From the sequence record PV419677.1: a DNA stretch of 64,000 bases. One strand, 5' to 3'. This document shows, piece by piece, positions 38,977-47,956 of the stretch. This DNA comes from a phage. The notes below the pieces were generated by a model that was not told where the DNA came from, made no database searches, and was given only the letters and a program-made list of their open reading frames with translations. The position numbers and the translations under genes are program-made. Within the stretch, counting starts at the first letter, position 1. The number at the start of each line of letters is the position of its first letter.

Positions 38977-39154
38977 AGAGTTTAGCTAAAGGCCAAGTCA
39001 CAATAGAAACTATTCCAAATAAAGCAAGCACCGGCCAAATAAAGGTAGCGAATACTGCTTCGCCACCTGAGCTAATTTCCATATGATTTCGACCAATCAG
39101 AACAGTAATAAATCCTATCACGAGATAAGCAAGAATAAAACCAATAATTTCCAT
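38954..39154 (-). CDS. small membrane protein
   Basis: 66 aa, two hydrophobic helices. Confidence 0.4.
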   Translation of the reverse strand: MEIIGFILAYLVIGFITVLIGRNHMEISSGGEAVFATFIWPVLALFGIVSIVTWPLAKLYEKLFGL

Positions 39155-39156
39155 GA

Positions 39157-40002
39157 TTAATCCTTAAGAAGATTTAAGATATCGATATATTTCTGACGTT
39201 CAGCCTTGGCCTTAGCATTCAGACCAGAGAGTCGGAAAATCTCATCATCTTGTTGTTGAATTGTAACATTCAAGCAAGTAAGCAAATTGCTAAAATACTC
39301 GATTTGAGCTTGATGTTTCTCATTGCTGCGCACTGGAACAGGTTCCATTTTAGGAGCTTGCTCTGAAGGCTCCTCAGCCTGGTCTTTAATTTTATAAAGT
39401 TTAATACGCTGACCCACTCCAGTTTCGGCATCACCAAAACTAAGAACGCCGTGCTGTTCTAATTCAGACAGGGCCAAGCGGAGATGGAACTTCCAGTTGT
39501 CATATTGACAACCACTAAAAGTTGAAATGGTATACTCATTTTCATTTCCGGGGTGGTTAACAATATTAAAGATAATCCAATCACCTGAACCGTTAGTCTT
39601 AAATGTCATTTGTTTATCAAGACCTTTTGCAAGACGAGCACCAAGGGCCAGTAGACGACGTTGATTAGTATTAAGGTCTTTAACAACTTCGCCAAATGAC
39701 ATCGCCGGGATTAAACGACCATAAAGGTCGTAGCCTTTGTTATAATTTTTAAGAATAATTTTGGCATTAGCACGAGACAACATACCTGTTTTACGAAGAG
39801 TTTTCATGACTCGGTCTTCTAAGGTAAACGAACCTTTAGTCTTGTCAAAGATTTTAGTGAAGTCATCTTTAACAGTACAAACATTGAACTTGTCCCACAT
39901 CATATATAGGACCTTTTCAACCACTTCTTTAGTGCTTGGAATACTGTTAAATTTAACAACTTTTTTAACTTCAGAACGAATTTCATTAATTGCTTGTGAC
40001 AT
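39157..40002 (-). CDS. hypothetical protein
   Basis: 281 aa ORF. Confidence 0.5.
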   Translation of the reverse strand: MSQAINEIRSEVKKVVKFNSIPSTKEVVEKVLYMMWDKFNVCTVKDDFTKIFDKTKGSFTLEDRVMKTLRKTGMLSRANAKIILKNYNKGYDLYGRLIPAMSFGEVVKDLNTNQRRLLALGARLAKGLDKQMTFKTNGSGDWIIFNIVNHPGNENEYTISTFSGCQYDNWKFHLRLALSELEQHGVLSFGDAETGVGQRIKLYKIKDQAEEPSEQAPKMEPVPVRSNEKHQAQIEYFSNLLTCLNVTIQQQDDEIFRLSGLNAKAKAERQKYIDILNLLKD

Positions 40003-40065
40003 AATAATTTCCTCAATAGATTAATCAAAGGTCAGAACCATTATACCATCCTTGGTATAAAGCGT

Positions 40066-40656
40066 TTATGCGAGAACCGTCTTTAAACGCTCTTCAAACT
40101 TCTGAAGGAGTACCTGGCGCTCTGCTCTTTGTTTGGTATAGGTTTCAATACGCTCTGAAGTGAGATTGTATTGTTCATTAACTGATTCCCTCATGAATTC
40201 AGGAATCTCTTTACATGCTTTGATTTCATTGAACTTATCAAGCACCGCTTGTTGTTCAGCAATCAGACCATCATAATATTGGATATCTGATTTGATGTTT
40301 TGTACATCAGATTCAGTTGGCATGTTTTTCTTCGCTCTTGCTGCTTGATACTCAGCATTAGTCTCTCTTGACCAGAATAAAGAACGGTTTTTATTGGTGT
40401 TTTTATACACATCAACAATACCAACTGAATCAACAGTCACAATCCAGTTCCAGGCGTTTTTATAAGTTTGACCACCTGATACTGTAATCTCACCAGCACA
40501 AGCAACATCATTAAAGAACTTGCTTTGTGCTTCTGATTTAAAATTACCATTATTGTAATTAATCAGGTTAAAGATTGATTTGGCTTCCATTTTATTCTCC
40601 AGTATTTGGTAACTCAGTATGGGAACATTATACGCCCATCCCCATACCATGTACAC
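40066..40656 (-). CDS. hypothetical protein
   Basis: 196 aa ORF; early promoter/leader motif upstream at 40600-40660; start may be internal. Confidence 0.45.
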   Translation of the reverse strand: MYMVWGWAYNVPILSYQILENKMEAKSIFNLINYNNGNFKSEAQSKFFNDVACAGEITVSGGQTYKNAWNWIVTVDSVGIVDVYKNTNKNRSLFWSRETNAEYQAARAKKNMPTESDVQNIKSDIQYYDGLIAEQQAVLDKFNEIKACKEIPEFMRESVNEQYNLTSERIETYTKQRAERQVLLQKFEERLKTVLA

Positions 40657-40658
40657 AT

Positions 40659-40961
40659 TTAATTAAAAGTTCTTTCAGTATTTTCACCACTGAACCAGAC
40701 GCTCTTAACGGCTTGCTGGGCGCGATGGAGCTGCTCTGCCATATAAACACCAAGGGCCTCAGCTTTACGCGTTCTGTGAGCTTCTGCGGCGACCATTTGC
40801 AGCTTATCCATCATGATAAGAGCTTTGCATTTCTCCTTCAGAGCATATCGCTTCTTCTCTTCTGGAGTTTTGACCATTCCTCTTAACTTGTGCATTTTCA
40901 ACTTAAAATGGTCAGCAGATTTCAGACATGCCTCAATCATGTCAAGTTCATACTTTTTCAT
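40659..40961 (-). CDS. hypothetical protein
   Basis: 100 aa ORF. Confidence 0.45.
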   Translation of the reverse strand: MKKYELDMIEACLKSADHFKLKMHKLRGMVKTPEEKKRYALKEKCKALIMMDKLQMVAAEAHRTRKAEALGVYMAEQLHRAQQAVKSVWFSGENTERTFN

Positions 40962-40967
40962 AATTCC

Positions 40968-41174
40968 TCACTTGCGACGACGTTTTGGTAATGGTTTAGG
41001 GAAGAACATTGCTTTACCGGCAGGGGTCAAAGTCACACGCAAAGCATTACCAATACCAAGGGATGCTTTAACCAGACCTTTGGCTTTTAACTCACCAAAT
41101 GCTTGACGTTGTTCAGGGTCACGAGTGTTAACCATCAGACCTTTTTCACCAGCAGCTTTGATTAATTCTAACAT
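40968..41174 (-). CDS. hypothetical basic protein
   Basis: 68 aa ORF downstream of promoter 41216-41252. Confidence 0.45.
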   Translation of the reverse strand: MLELIKAAGEKGLMVNTRDPEQRQAFGELKAKGLVKASLGIGNALRVTLTPAGKAMFFPKPLPKRRRK

Positions 41175-41215
41175 TTTATTCTCCGTTTGTTTATTTGGTA
41201 ACTCAGTATGGAATC

Positions 41216-41252
41216 ATTATGCATCATGACCATCTGGTTGTACACTACTTTT
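41216..41252 (-). promoter_or_regulatory. T4-type early promoter
   Basis: AAAAAGTAGTGTACAA, 17-nt spacer, CATAAT, then GATTCCATACTGAGTTACC leader. Confidence 0.55.
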
Positions 41253-41260
41253 TAAAATAA

Positions 41261-41285
41261 AAAAGGACCCCGAAGGGTCCTTAGA
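41261..41285 (-). terminator. intrinsic terminator (UUCG tetraloop hairpin)
   Basis: minus strand GGACCC-TTCG-GGGTCC followed by TTTTT, directly after the 41288-42328 gene. Confidence 0.6.
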
Positions 41286-41287
41286 AT

Positions 41288-42328
41288 TTAACGATAATAG
41301 GAATTGTGGTTGTCAAGATATACCTCCTCAACAAACTTGTCCCAGAACTTCATGTCCACCTTCGCAGGCATACCATTCTTAGCAGCCTGGATGGCCAGAA
41401 CTTCAACTAAATCGACAGTATCTTCAAGAAGTTCTTGAACTTCTTTAAATGGTAATTCACCAGCTTTAATCAGCTTAATGATAGAGGCTTCACGCAATGG
41501 GAATACCAAGTCACCTGTTTGGTAGATTTCCATCAATTGATACCCTGCACGATATGCATGGCTCAGTGCTTTCCAGTCAATACCTTCATTAGCTTCAGCC
41601 TTACGAGCACGTTCACCATATTCGGCGTCGAGTTTATCCAGAGATTGCTTGAGCTCGATTAATGATAGAGTAGTTTGGTATTTACGACCGAGGACAGTAT
41701 AGAACGTTTGAGGACCTGTTTTCTCATGGTTATGAAATACCCATTCGCAGAACTCGTTTTCAGGGAGTCGATGTTTGATATCTTCTACCTTAGTGCGACG
41801 TTGCTTAGTCGAACCGTCTTCTTGATAATCAACCCACTGTTCAGGAATCTGATTAACGATTGCCAGTACACCACGCAGTGCAGCCAATCGAGAACCTTTA
41901 ACACCATATTTGGAAGCTTGCTTACGGACATACCCCAAATAGGCTTTCATGTTAGTTGTATAGAACCGCGAACGGTTGTCTTGAATAAACTTCCATACAT
42001 CTGGTAAATCGGATTTGACTACCAGGTCAGCCGGTGTGTGAATCATATCCAGAGCAACGGTTTCGCCTTCAGCAGCCAGTTTAAAGAAATATTTCAGACT
42101 ATAAAGTTCATGGTCAACATCATCTTTTGTATTTTTGGTAGCCGTGTTATTCGTGTTCAGGTTGGTATGGTTCATCGCGGTTCCGAGCAGGATATCTCGC
42201 GGATGAGGAACAAAGATTTCTTTAAAATCGACATCAGATTCCGGAGTACTTGTTCCATAAAGGTGGGAGCCAAAATATCCCTTCATAACAGTTCTCATTT
42301 TTTGTCCTCGAAGTGGATTACAGGGCAC
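41288..42328 (-). CDS. predicted nucleotidyltransferase (Pol-beta superfamily motif)
   Basis: 346 aa; N-terminal GSHLYGTSTPESDVD fits the GS-x9-13-DxD NTase signature. Confidence 0.45.
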   Translation of the reverse strand: MPCNPLRGQKMRTVMKGYFGSHLYGTSTPESDVDFKEIFVPHPRDILLGTAMNHTNLNTNNTATKNTKDDVDHELYSLKYFFKLAAEGETVALDMIHTPADLVVKSDLPDVWKFIQDNRSRFYTTNMKAYLGYVRKQASKYGVKGSRLAALRGVLAIVNQIPEQWVDYQEDGSTKQRRTKVEDIKHRLPENEFCEWVFHNHEKTGPQTFYTVLGRKYQTTLSLIELKQSLDKLDAEYGERARKAEANEGIDWKALSHAYRAGYQLMEIYQTGDLVFPLREASIIKLIKAGELPFKEVQELLEDTVDLVEVLAIQAAKNGMPAKVDMKFWDKFVEEVYLDNHNSYYR

Positions 42329-42747
42329 ATCTTAGATTTACGAGCTTTAATGTATTGAATAACGATGTTTTCTTTAGTTTCCTTTCCTTCACGTTTGGCT
42401 AGAATACGTTGCCATTCCTTTTCTTCTTTACGTAAATCATACCAGGACCATAAATTCATTAGACCATACATTAAACCAAATGCTACCGCCAGAATAAGAG
42501 CCAGTGTAGCTAGTCCTAAAATAAACCCTAAACCTAAACCAACCGGGGTACTTAATACAAAGAAATGCTCTAATACACCAGCCCCCGCGACAGTGAATCC
42601 AAAAACCACACTACCGATAAAAATGGCACAAACAAAACAGGCCCAAACCATTTTCCAAAAGTAAGCACACAATGAGTGTGGACGAGAATGGCGGTCATAA
42701 AATTTATCGTGGAAACGAGCATGCCAAGAGTTTGCATTGATAATCAT
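42295..42747 (-). CDS. membrane protein
   Basis: 150 aa, multiple hydrophobic helices. Confidence 0.45.
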   Translation of the reverse strand: MIINANSWHARFHDKFYDRHSRPHSLCAYFWKMVWACFVCAIFIGSVVFGFTVAGAGVLEHFFVLSTPVGLGLGFILGLATLALILAVAFGLMYGLMNLWSWYDLRKEEKEWQRILAKREGKETKENIVIQYIKARKSKMCPVIHFEDKK

Positions 42748-42757
42748 AATATTTTCC

Positions 42758-43318
42758 TTAAGAGTTCATAGTTGGGATAACAGAGTTCAGATAAGAGACT
42801 AAAACTTTTAGCTCGTCTTTAGTAAATACGACTTCACTTTCACCGTCATGTCTTTGGACAATGGACAACAAGTCACGACCGTTATGTTGAACAACAGTCA
42901 GTTCAGTATTATAATTCAATTCCTCTTCATCGCCTTCAAACGTTTCACTAGAACGAATCAGTGCATCTTGACCTGGGACTTTCCATTCAACTTCTGGTTT
43001 ACATTCTTCCTGGAAGAGTTTGAAAATACAATCAAAGAATTTATCAGAATCGCTAATGCTCAGGCATTCTATACCATTTTCCAGATTAAACCCATTTTCA
43101 TTTTTATAGATATAAGCGTATAGCTCATCGTTAATATCGACAGGAGCACTATGACGACCGTTAAGATATTCATCTTTATCCAAAACCATTAAATCATAAA
43201 GTGGTTTAATATCAGCGATAGTCAGTACGATTTTATCGTCTTCTTGACAAAGCTCAATTGCGTTATTAACTACTTCAGCGGTCAGTTCGCCAAACAATTC
43301 AGTTGTTTCAATAATCAT
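42758..43318 (-). CDS. hypothetical acidic protein
   Basis: 186 aa ORF. Confidence 0.5.
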   Translation of the reverse strand: MIIETTELFGELTAEVVNNAIELCQEDDKIVLTIADIKPLYDLMVLDKDEYLNGRHSAPVDINDELYAYIYKNENGFNLENGIECLSISDSDKFFDCIFKLFQEECKPEVEWKVPGQDALIRSSETFEGDEEELNYNTELTVVQHNGRDLLSIVQRHDGESEVVFTKDELKVLVSYLNSVIPTMNS

Positions 43319-43328
43319 TTTCTGTTCC

Positions 43329-43601
43329 TCAACGGTTATGTTTTAAAATACTATAAAGCTCTTCGACTTGGTCTGCATTCAGACAAATCATATCATTTTC
43401 TTGCTGGATTGTGATTCCACCTTTTTCTTCCCAATCTTTAACAAAGATGTCATCGTCGGATTCTTCATCATCTGCTAAAAGGACAATAATACCATCTTCA
43501 GAATTACCACTCGGGTCATATAACATTACAGTTTCCTCGCTAACCATGAAAAGAATAAACCAATTAAAACAGGTCCTACAGCCATTGTTAACCAAGCCCA
43601 A
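43329..43601 (-). CDS. hypothetical protein
   Basis: 90 aa ORF. Confidence 0.4.
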   Translation of the reverse strand: MGLVNNGCRTCFNWFILFMVSEETVMLYDPSGNSEDGIIVLLADDEESDDDIFVKDWEEKGGITIQQENDMICLNADQVEELYSILKHNR

Positions 43602-43617
43602 GGTTCAAGATAGTAAA

Positions 43618-43875
43618 TCATCTCATGCTCCTGTGCCAACAATTTCGTGGCTCACGTTTAAAAATTTCATCATGCATTGATTGACAACCAACACAATATA
43701 TCACACCTTTAATCGCTTGTCTCCGCGCTTCAGGAATTTTTTCGTCGCAGTCAAAACAGAATTCAGCAGACTCCCTTTCAACTGCAACTTGTGCTCTCGC
43801 ATGGGTGATAGCGGCTTGGACAACCGCTTCCATCTCTAACTGTTCAGCACCATCTTTTGCAAATCCAACAGCCAT
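43618..43875 (-). CDS. DksA/TraR-type C4 zinc-finger protein
   Basis: 85 aa; CFDCDEKIPEARRQAIKGVIYCVGCQ (CxxC-x17-CxxC). Confidence 0.5.
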   Translation of the reverse strand: MAVGFAKDGAEQLEMEAVVQAAITHARAQVAVERESAEFCFDCDEKIPEARRQAIKGVIYCVGCQSMHDEIFKREPRNCWHRSMR

Positions 43876-44057
43876 TATTCTTTCAACTCATTAAGATACT
43901 CAACCAATGCTGCTTTAGAATTCGCTAAATCTCGTTTACACTGCTCTATTCCGGAATATGAATAGCCTTCACAATGTTCAACAGCCAATTCATAAGAGTT
44001 AATTTCAACATCACGAGCGAGTTTGATAATTTTTTCAATCTGTTCAGTAGTTAACAT
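43875..44057 (-). CDS. hypothetical protein
   Basis: 60 aa ORF. Confidence 0.35.
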   Translation of the reverse strand: MLTTEQIEKIIKLARDVEINSYELAVEHCEGYSYSGIEQCKRDLANSKAALVEYLNELKE

Positions 44058-44061
44058 AATA

Positions 44062-44298
44062 TCACCAGTATTTTTTGATGGTAGAAATTAATTCTTGGAT
44101 TTGAGTGGTCTTCAGCTTACACCCACACCCCCTTAAGGTGTCTTTAAGGAGCCATGGCTCCTTGAGCTCGTCCTTTTCCATGCGGATTCTATATCCGCGG
44201 TAATCAGCAAATATGCTTCCGTCATCAAATATCTTAATTTCAAGAATATGATTATTGGTTTCATATTCCAATGAAACCATGGTATTTGTAAGTTTCAT
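44062..44298 (-). CDS. hypothetical protein
   Basis: 78 aa ORF. Confidence 0.4.
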   Translation of the reverse strand: MKLTNTMVSLEYETNNHILEIKIFDDGSIFADYRGYRIRMEKDELKEPWLLKDTLRGCGCKLKTTQIQELISTIKKYW

Positions 44299-44501
44299 TA
44301 TTCCACCACATATGATAATGAGAAAATTGCTGATGAAAGATGAGTAGCATCTTCTTCACACAGTTCAAATGGAGCTTTCTGTAAGAGTTCAACCACTTCT
44401 TCATCAGTGGCACTGTCCATAAAGATTGCATAATCATTAAGATAGATAACAACCTCATCACCAGTATTAACTGCATTAATCTTGATATTTTTAATTCTCA
44501 T
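44298..44501 (-). CDS. hypothetical protein
   Basis: 67 aa ORF. Confidence 0.4.
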   Translation of the reverse strand: MRIKNIKINAVNTGDEVVIYLNDYAIFMDSATDEEVVELLQKAPFELCEEDATHLSSAIFSLSYVVE

Positions 44502-44569
44502 TGTGTTCTCCTCAGTAGTTGATGGGATAATAGTACACCCTTTTTATGAGGATGTAAACCCCTTAATGA

Positions 44570-44599
44570 AAAAAGGTCCACCCGAAGGCAGACCTTTTG
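44570..44599 (-). terminator. intrinsic terminator hairpin
   Basis: minus strand GGTCTGCC-TTCG-GGTGGACC followed by TTTTT. Confidence 0.5.
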
Positions 44600-44601
44600 A
44601 A

Positions 44602-44985
44602 TTACTCTAATGTTAACAGATACTTAGTCTGAAAGAAAACTCCAACGATATCGTCCAGAGTCGATTGAATAGCCTTAGGTACAACTTTATAGACTCTTTC
44701 CGAGCTTTTAATCATTTCATCTAAAAACAAAATTGTATCTTTCGGCAAGTCCGAGGCGGACGGTAATGCAGCTTTGTATTGTTTCCCGCTGTAACCTAAC
44801 CATTGCTCACTGAACTGGTCGAGTGGACCTTGGATTTCTGTGAAGTAGAAATCATAAGCTTTATGGCGGGCGTAACTTTTGGTTTCAAGATGGGCGGACT
44901 TAAAATAAGCCAAAGAGACTAACAACCACCCAATATATGAATCCACCTCAGACCCACGACCCGTTACGAAATCATCAAATTTCAT
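44602..44985 (-). CDS. hypothetical protein (rI.1 position)
   Basis: 127 aa ORF downstream of rI. Confidence 0.45.
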   Translation of the reverse strand: MKFDDFVTGRGSEVDSYIGWLLVSLAYFKSAHLETKSYARHKAYDFYFTEIQGPLDQFSEQWLGYSGKQYKAALPSASDLPKDTILFLDEMIKSSERVYKVVPKAIQSTLDDIVGVFFQTKYLLTLE

Positions 44986-45268
44986 CTTCCAATTTTACCT
45001 TCATTAATTTAGCGTACTCGACTGCAGCAGCCCGGCCATCAATTTGACATGTGATTTCATTTACACATTGACTCTTATTGTTCCATTCAGTTTTAATAAA
45101 AGCCCAAAATTGTTCGGACTGCTCGACGCTGGGTTCTTTGAATTGCGAATAGATTTGCATCGCACTATCTGCATACTGGGTAAATTTACCATCTGTAGCA
45201 GAGGACATATTTGGGCCTAAACAGCCCATTAGTAATAGACTTAGAGAAAGTCCTCGAATAAGGTCCAT
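44975..45268 (-). CDS. rI: lysis inhibition regulator RI-like
   Basis: 97 aa; signal-anchor N-terminus; SVEQSEQFW and C-terminal AYARxMxxKLE resemble remembered T4 RI; located next to tk. Confidence 0.6.
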   Translation of the reverse strand: MDLIRGLSLSLLLMGCLGPNMSSATDGKFTQYADSAMQIYSQFKEPSVEQSEQFWAFIKTEWNNKSQCVNEITCQIDGRAAAVEYAKLMKVKLEDEI

Positions 45269-45340
45269 AAGGACTCCTATTGTTGGTCATGATTACGCTT
45301 TGCAGCCTTAACATAGCGGAATACTAGTTAGTAACTGTAT

Positions 45341-45616
45341 TTATAGACGTTTAAAATTAAAGCAGTACTCTGAAAATAAACCTGCAAAATTACGTTCAAC
45401 CCAGACCCGTTGTTTTGGGCTAGTGACCATTGACAAATAGTATGCTTGTTGCAGGCTTATTCCATTTTTATTAGGACACTCTTTGTTGAACGAGTGATAG
45501 GTACTTGCAACGATTTCGACTTCGCGCTCATACCTTTCCTGGTCCTGCTGCATAGGAACAAAAACCAAAACCAGGAATATCAAAATAGAGATATACGTCC
45601 AAACCTTGTATACCAT
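45341..45616 (-). CDS. small membrane-anchored protein
   Basis: 91 aa; N-terminal hydrophobic helix. Confidence 0.4.
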   Translation of the reverse strand: MVYKVWTYISILIFLVLVFVPMQQDQERYEREVEIVASTYHSFNKECPNKNGISLQQAYYLSMVTSPKQRVWVERNFAGLFSEYCFNFKRL

Positions 45617-45623
45617 GCGAACC

Positions 45624-46196
45624 TCAGCTTGTTAATTCGAGCCAATGTTTTCTGCACAAAGATACGTACGATTCATTCCCACCGACCAATACTTGCTCGC
45701 CGTCCTTTACAGCAGCACCGTCGATTACTCGAGCGGTCATGGTTGCTTTCCGGCCGCAATGGCAGACGCCCTTTAATTCAACCAGTTTATCCGAAATAGC
45801 CAGAAGTCTGGCTGAACCGGGAAATAATTGACCCCGAAAATCTGTTCTTAACCCGTAACACATAACGGGGATATTGTAATTATCGACCACTTGAGCTAAC
45901 TGGTCAATTTGCTCTGGTAACAAAAATTGAGCTTCATCGACCAGGACACAATGGATATCCTTTTGAGACTCGGCCCATTTATAGAATTCAAACAGGTTCA
46001 TGTCGGCCGTTACCAGGTTTGCTTCCTGGCTAATACCGATGCGTGATTTAATTTCAGATTCCGAGTCCCGATTATCAATAACAGGTTTTAGCAAAAGCAC
46101 ACTCATTCCACGCTCTTTATAGGAATAAGCTGCAGTCAGCAATGAAGCTGTTTTGCCTGCATTCATTGCTGCGTAATGATAAATTAAACTCGCCAT
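45624..46196 (-). CDS. tk: thymidine kinase
   Basis: 190 aa; P-loop YAAMNAGKT, conserved C-terminal cysteines; colinear with remembered T4 Tk. Confidence 0.9.
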   Translation of the reverse strand: MASLIYHYAAMNAGKTASLLTAAYSYKERGMSVLLLKPVIDNRDSESEIKSRIGISQEANLVTADMNLFEFYKWAESQKDIHCVLVDEAQFLLPEQIDQLAQVVDNYNIPVMCYGLRTDFRGQLFPGSARLLAISDKLVELKGVCHCGRKATMTARVIDGAAVKDGEQVLVGGNESYVSLCRKHWLELTS

Positions 46197-46205
46197 ATCA
46201 CCTTC

Positions 46206-46391
46206 TTAAAGCGTATTCACATAAGCTATTAATTCGTTTTCTTTCTCGTCAAATCGACTAGCAAATTCTTCCAGATGGTCGGCATCTATTGGGCCATATT
46301 CATCGTAAAAAGCGTTTGCTTCGGCATGCTCTTCCAAAAGCTCATGGATGAGCTCAAACAATCTACTTTTCTGACTAATACTTAAACTCAT
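46206..46391 (-). CDS. hypothetical acidic protein
   Basis: 61 aa ORF. Confidence 0.35.
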   Translation of the reverse strand: MSLSISQKSRLFELIHELLEEHAEANAFYDEYGPIDADHLEEFASRFDEKENELIAYVNTL

Positions 46392-46594
46392 TTCGGTTCA
46401 CCATATCGCACAAATTTAGGATGTTCGCAATAACCAGAATGAAAACCTTCACCCTTATGATTAGAACATCCTTTATTAGAACAGTACCACCAGTAATCAT
46501 ATTCGCAATTCATTTCATCATTGCATAAAGCTGCGATTACTGGCCATTCGCATTTTTCACATTTGGCCGTTTTAAGAATTCGGGCTTGGCTCAT
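46388..46594 (-). CDS. cysteine-rich small protein
   Basis: 68 aa, 9 cysteines. Confidence 0.4.
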   Translation of the reverse strand: MSQARILKTAKCEKCEWPVIAALCNDEMNCEYDYWWYCSNKGCSNHKGEGFHSGYCEHPKFVRYGEPK

Positions 46595-47045
46595 AATCCA
46601 CCACTATTAAATCAATGTCAGGAGTAAACATATCAATTAATTTAGAAACCTTTTCCCAATCTCCACCTGCAATACCACAACCAATACGCGGAATATAAAT
46701 TACCGGTTTAAACAAAAGGGTTTCTGCTTGTAGATTTAATTCTATCATACAATTTACTAAAGCACCATAATCAAGATTAGGGCCCGGTTCATATTGGGTG
46801 TACAAATTATAACACATACCAAACCCATTGGGCTTATGTTTAAAAACAATAGACATATCACCGAGTTTTTCTCTGGAACCGTATTCAGTAGTGGTTTTAT
46901 CTATTTCTAAAACTTTTGGATAAGCCTTCGCCAACTGTCCGGCAACACCAGAACCCATTGTGTGGAAGCAGTTACAACCATGGGCAATAATATTACCTTG
47001 AAGAAAGAGGGCGACGATATCGCCCTTAATATACTGGGTAATCAT
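46572..47045 (-). CDS. macro domain protein (TARG1/OARD1-like)
   Basis: 157 aa; IKGDIVALF...HGCNCFHTMGSGVAG and PRIGCGIAGGDWEKV resemble the TARG1 motifs CRMGAGIA and PRIGCGLDRLQWENV. Confidence 0.55.
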   Translation of the reverse strand: MITQYIKGDIVALFLQGNIIAHGCNCFHTMGSGVAGQLAKAYPKVLEIDKTTTEYGSREKLGDMSIVFKHKPNGFGMCYNLYTQYEPGPNLDYGALVNCMIELNLQAETLLFKPVIYIPRIGCGIAGGDWEKVSKLIDMFTPDIDLIVVDYEPSPNS

Positions 47046-47401
47046 TTAGAGTTCAATCCTCTATTATATGAATCCACTAACCTGTCAACCATACTGGTGC
47101 AGGCCGCCTTATATTTTGCACTTGACAGAATGCAATCCATTTCAAATAATTTCTTTTCATATTTGTTGGATAATACATTCTTTTTCAAAAGCGTATGTTC
47201 AACATCATTTTGGCCATCTTTATAGGCTGCAGTGAGCTTGGCACTGAACTGGATTACACAATCCACATTGCTTGCTGCGCAATAATCTTTGGCCGTCCTC
47301 GTTGCATATTCTATGATGCTGTTGTTGTCGTCGCTCTGTACTGAAGCTATTCCTCCCATGCTGAATACTAACCCTATGGCTAAAGTGATAACTCTTACCA
47401 T
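47042..47401 (-). CDS. secreted/periplasmic protein
   Basis: 119 aa; N-terminal signal peptide, several cysteines. Confidence 0.45.
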   Translation of the reverse strand: MVRVITLAIGLVFSMGGIASVQSDDNNSIIEYATRTAKDYCAASNVDCVIQFSAKLTAAYKDGQNDVEHTLLKKNVLSNKYEKKLFEMDCILSSAKYKAACTSMVDRLVDSYNRGLNSK

Positions 47402-47403
47402 TT

Positions 47404-47946
47404 TTAATCCACCGTTTTTAATAGGCCTCGTGATTTCAAGTAGTTAGCTTTTTCTAGGACCTGTGAAGCATACGTATTACCAGCTTTCACATTCCACCCT
47501 GCGTTATATGATGATAGTGTTTTTCTTATATCCCCCTTATGAATATTCAACCAGTATGAAAGCTCAATATAAGCCCAGCGTGCACTGTTCTCTCTCTTGC
47601 TTATCATCTTGATTATTTCTTTATCTGTCATTGTCCACCCAACCTGTTTCACTCGTTCGCGTACGGTTGGAAGATAATTTTGGAATATACCATATGCATG
47701 ATGCTTATCTTTATTTAATCCAGTATTAATCCCAGCAGAACTCTCCTGCCAGGTTAAACCAGCCATGATATATCCCAAACCATTATGTTGGTGCGGATTT
47801 TCTTTGTACTTACCATTTTTCTGGAATTGTTCTCCAAACGCATAAGCATATTGGAGGTTTTCCATTTGTTCATTACTGAAAGTAGGCTCTACGCTATGGG
47901 CAGACATACTAACTGTCAATAGTAAGGTGGCGATTACTTTTTTCAT
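47404..47946 (-). CDS. secreted lytic transglycosylase-like (SLT domain) protein
   Basis: 180 aa; signal peptide; LTWQESSAG...AYGIFQ resembles the SLT catalytic E-S...GLMQ region. Confidence 0.5.
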   Translation of the reverse strand: MKKVIATLLLTVSMSAHSVEPTFSNEQMENLQYAYAFGEQFQKNGKYKENPHQHNGLGYIMAGLTWQESSAGINTGLNKDKHHAYGIFQNYLPTVRERVKQVGWTMTDKEIIKMISKRENSARWAYIELSYWLNIHKGDIRKTLSSYNAGWNVKAGNTYASQVLEKANYLKSRGLLKTVD

Positions 47947-47956
47947 GAATTCCCCA

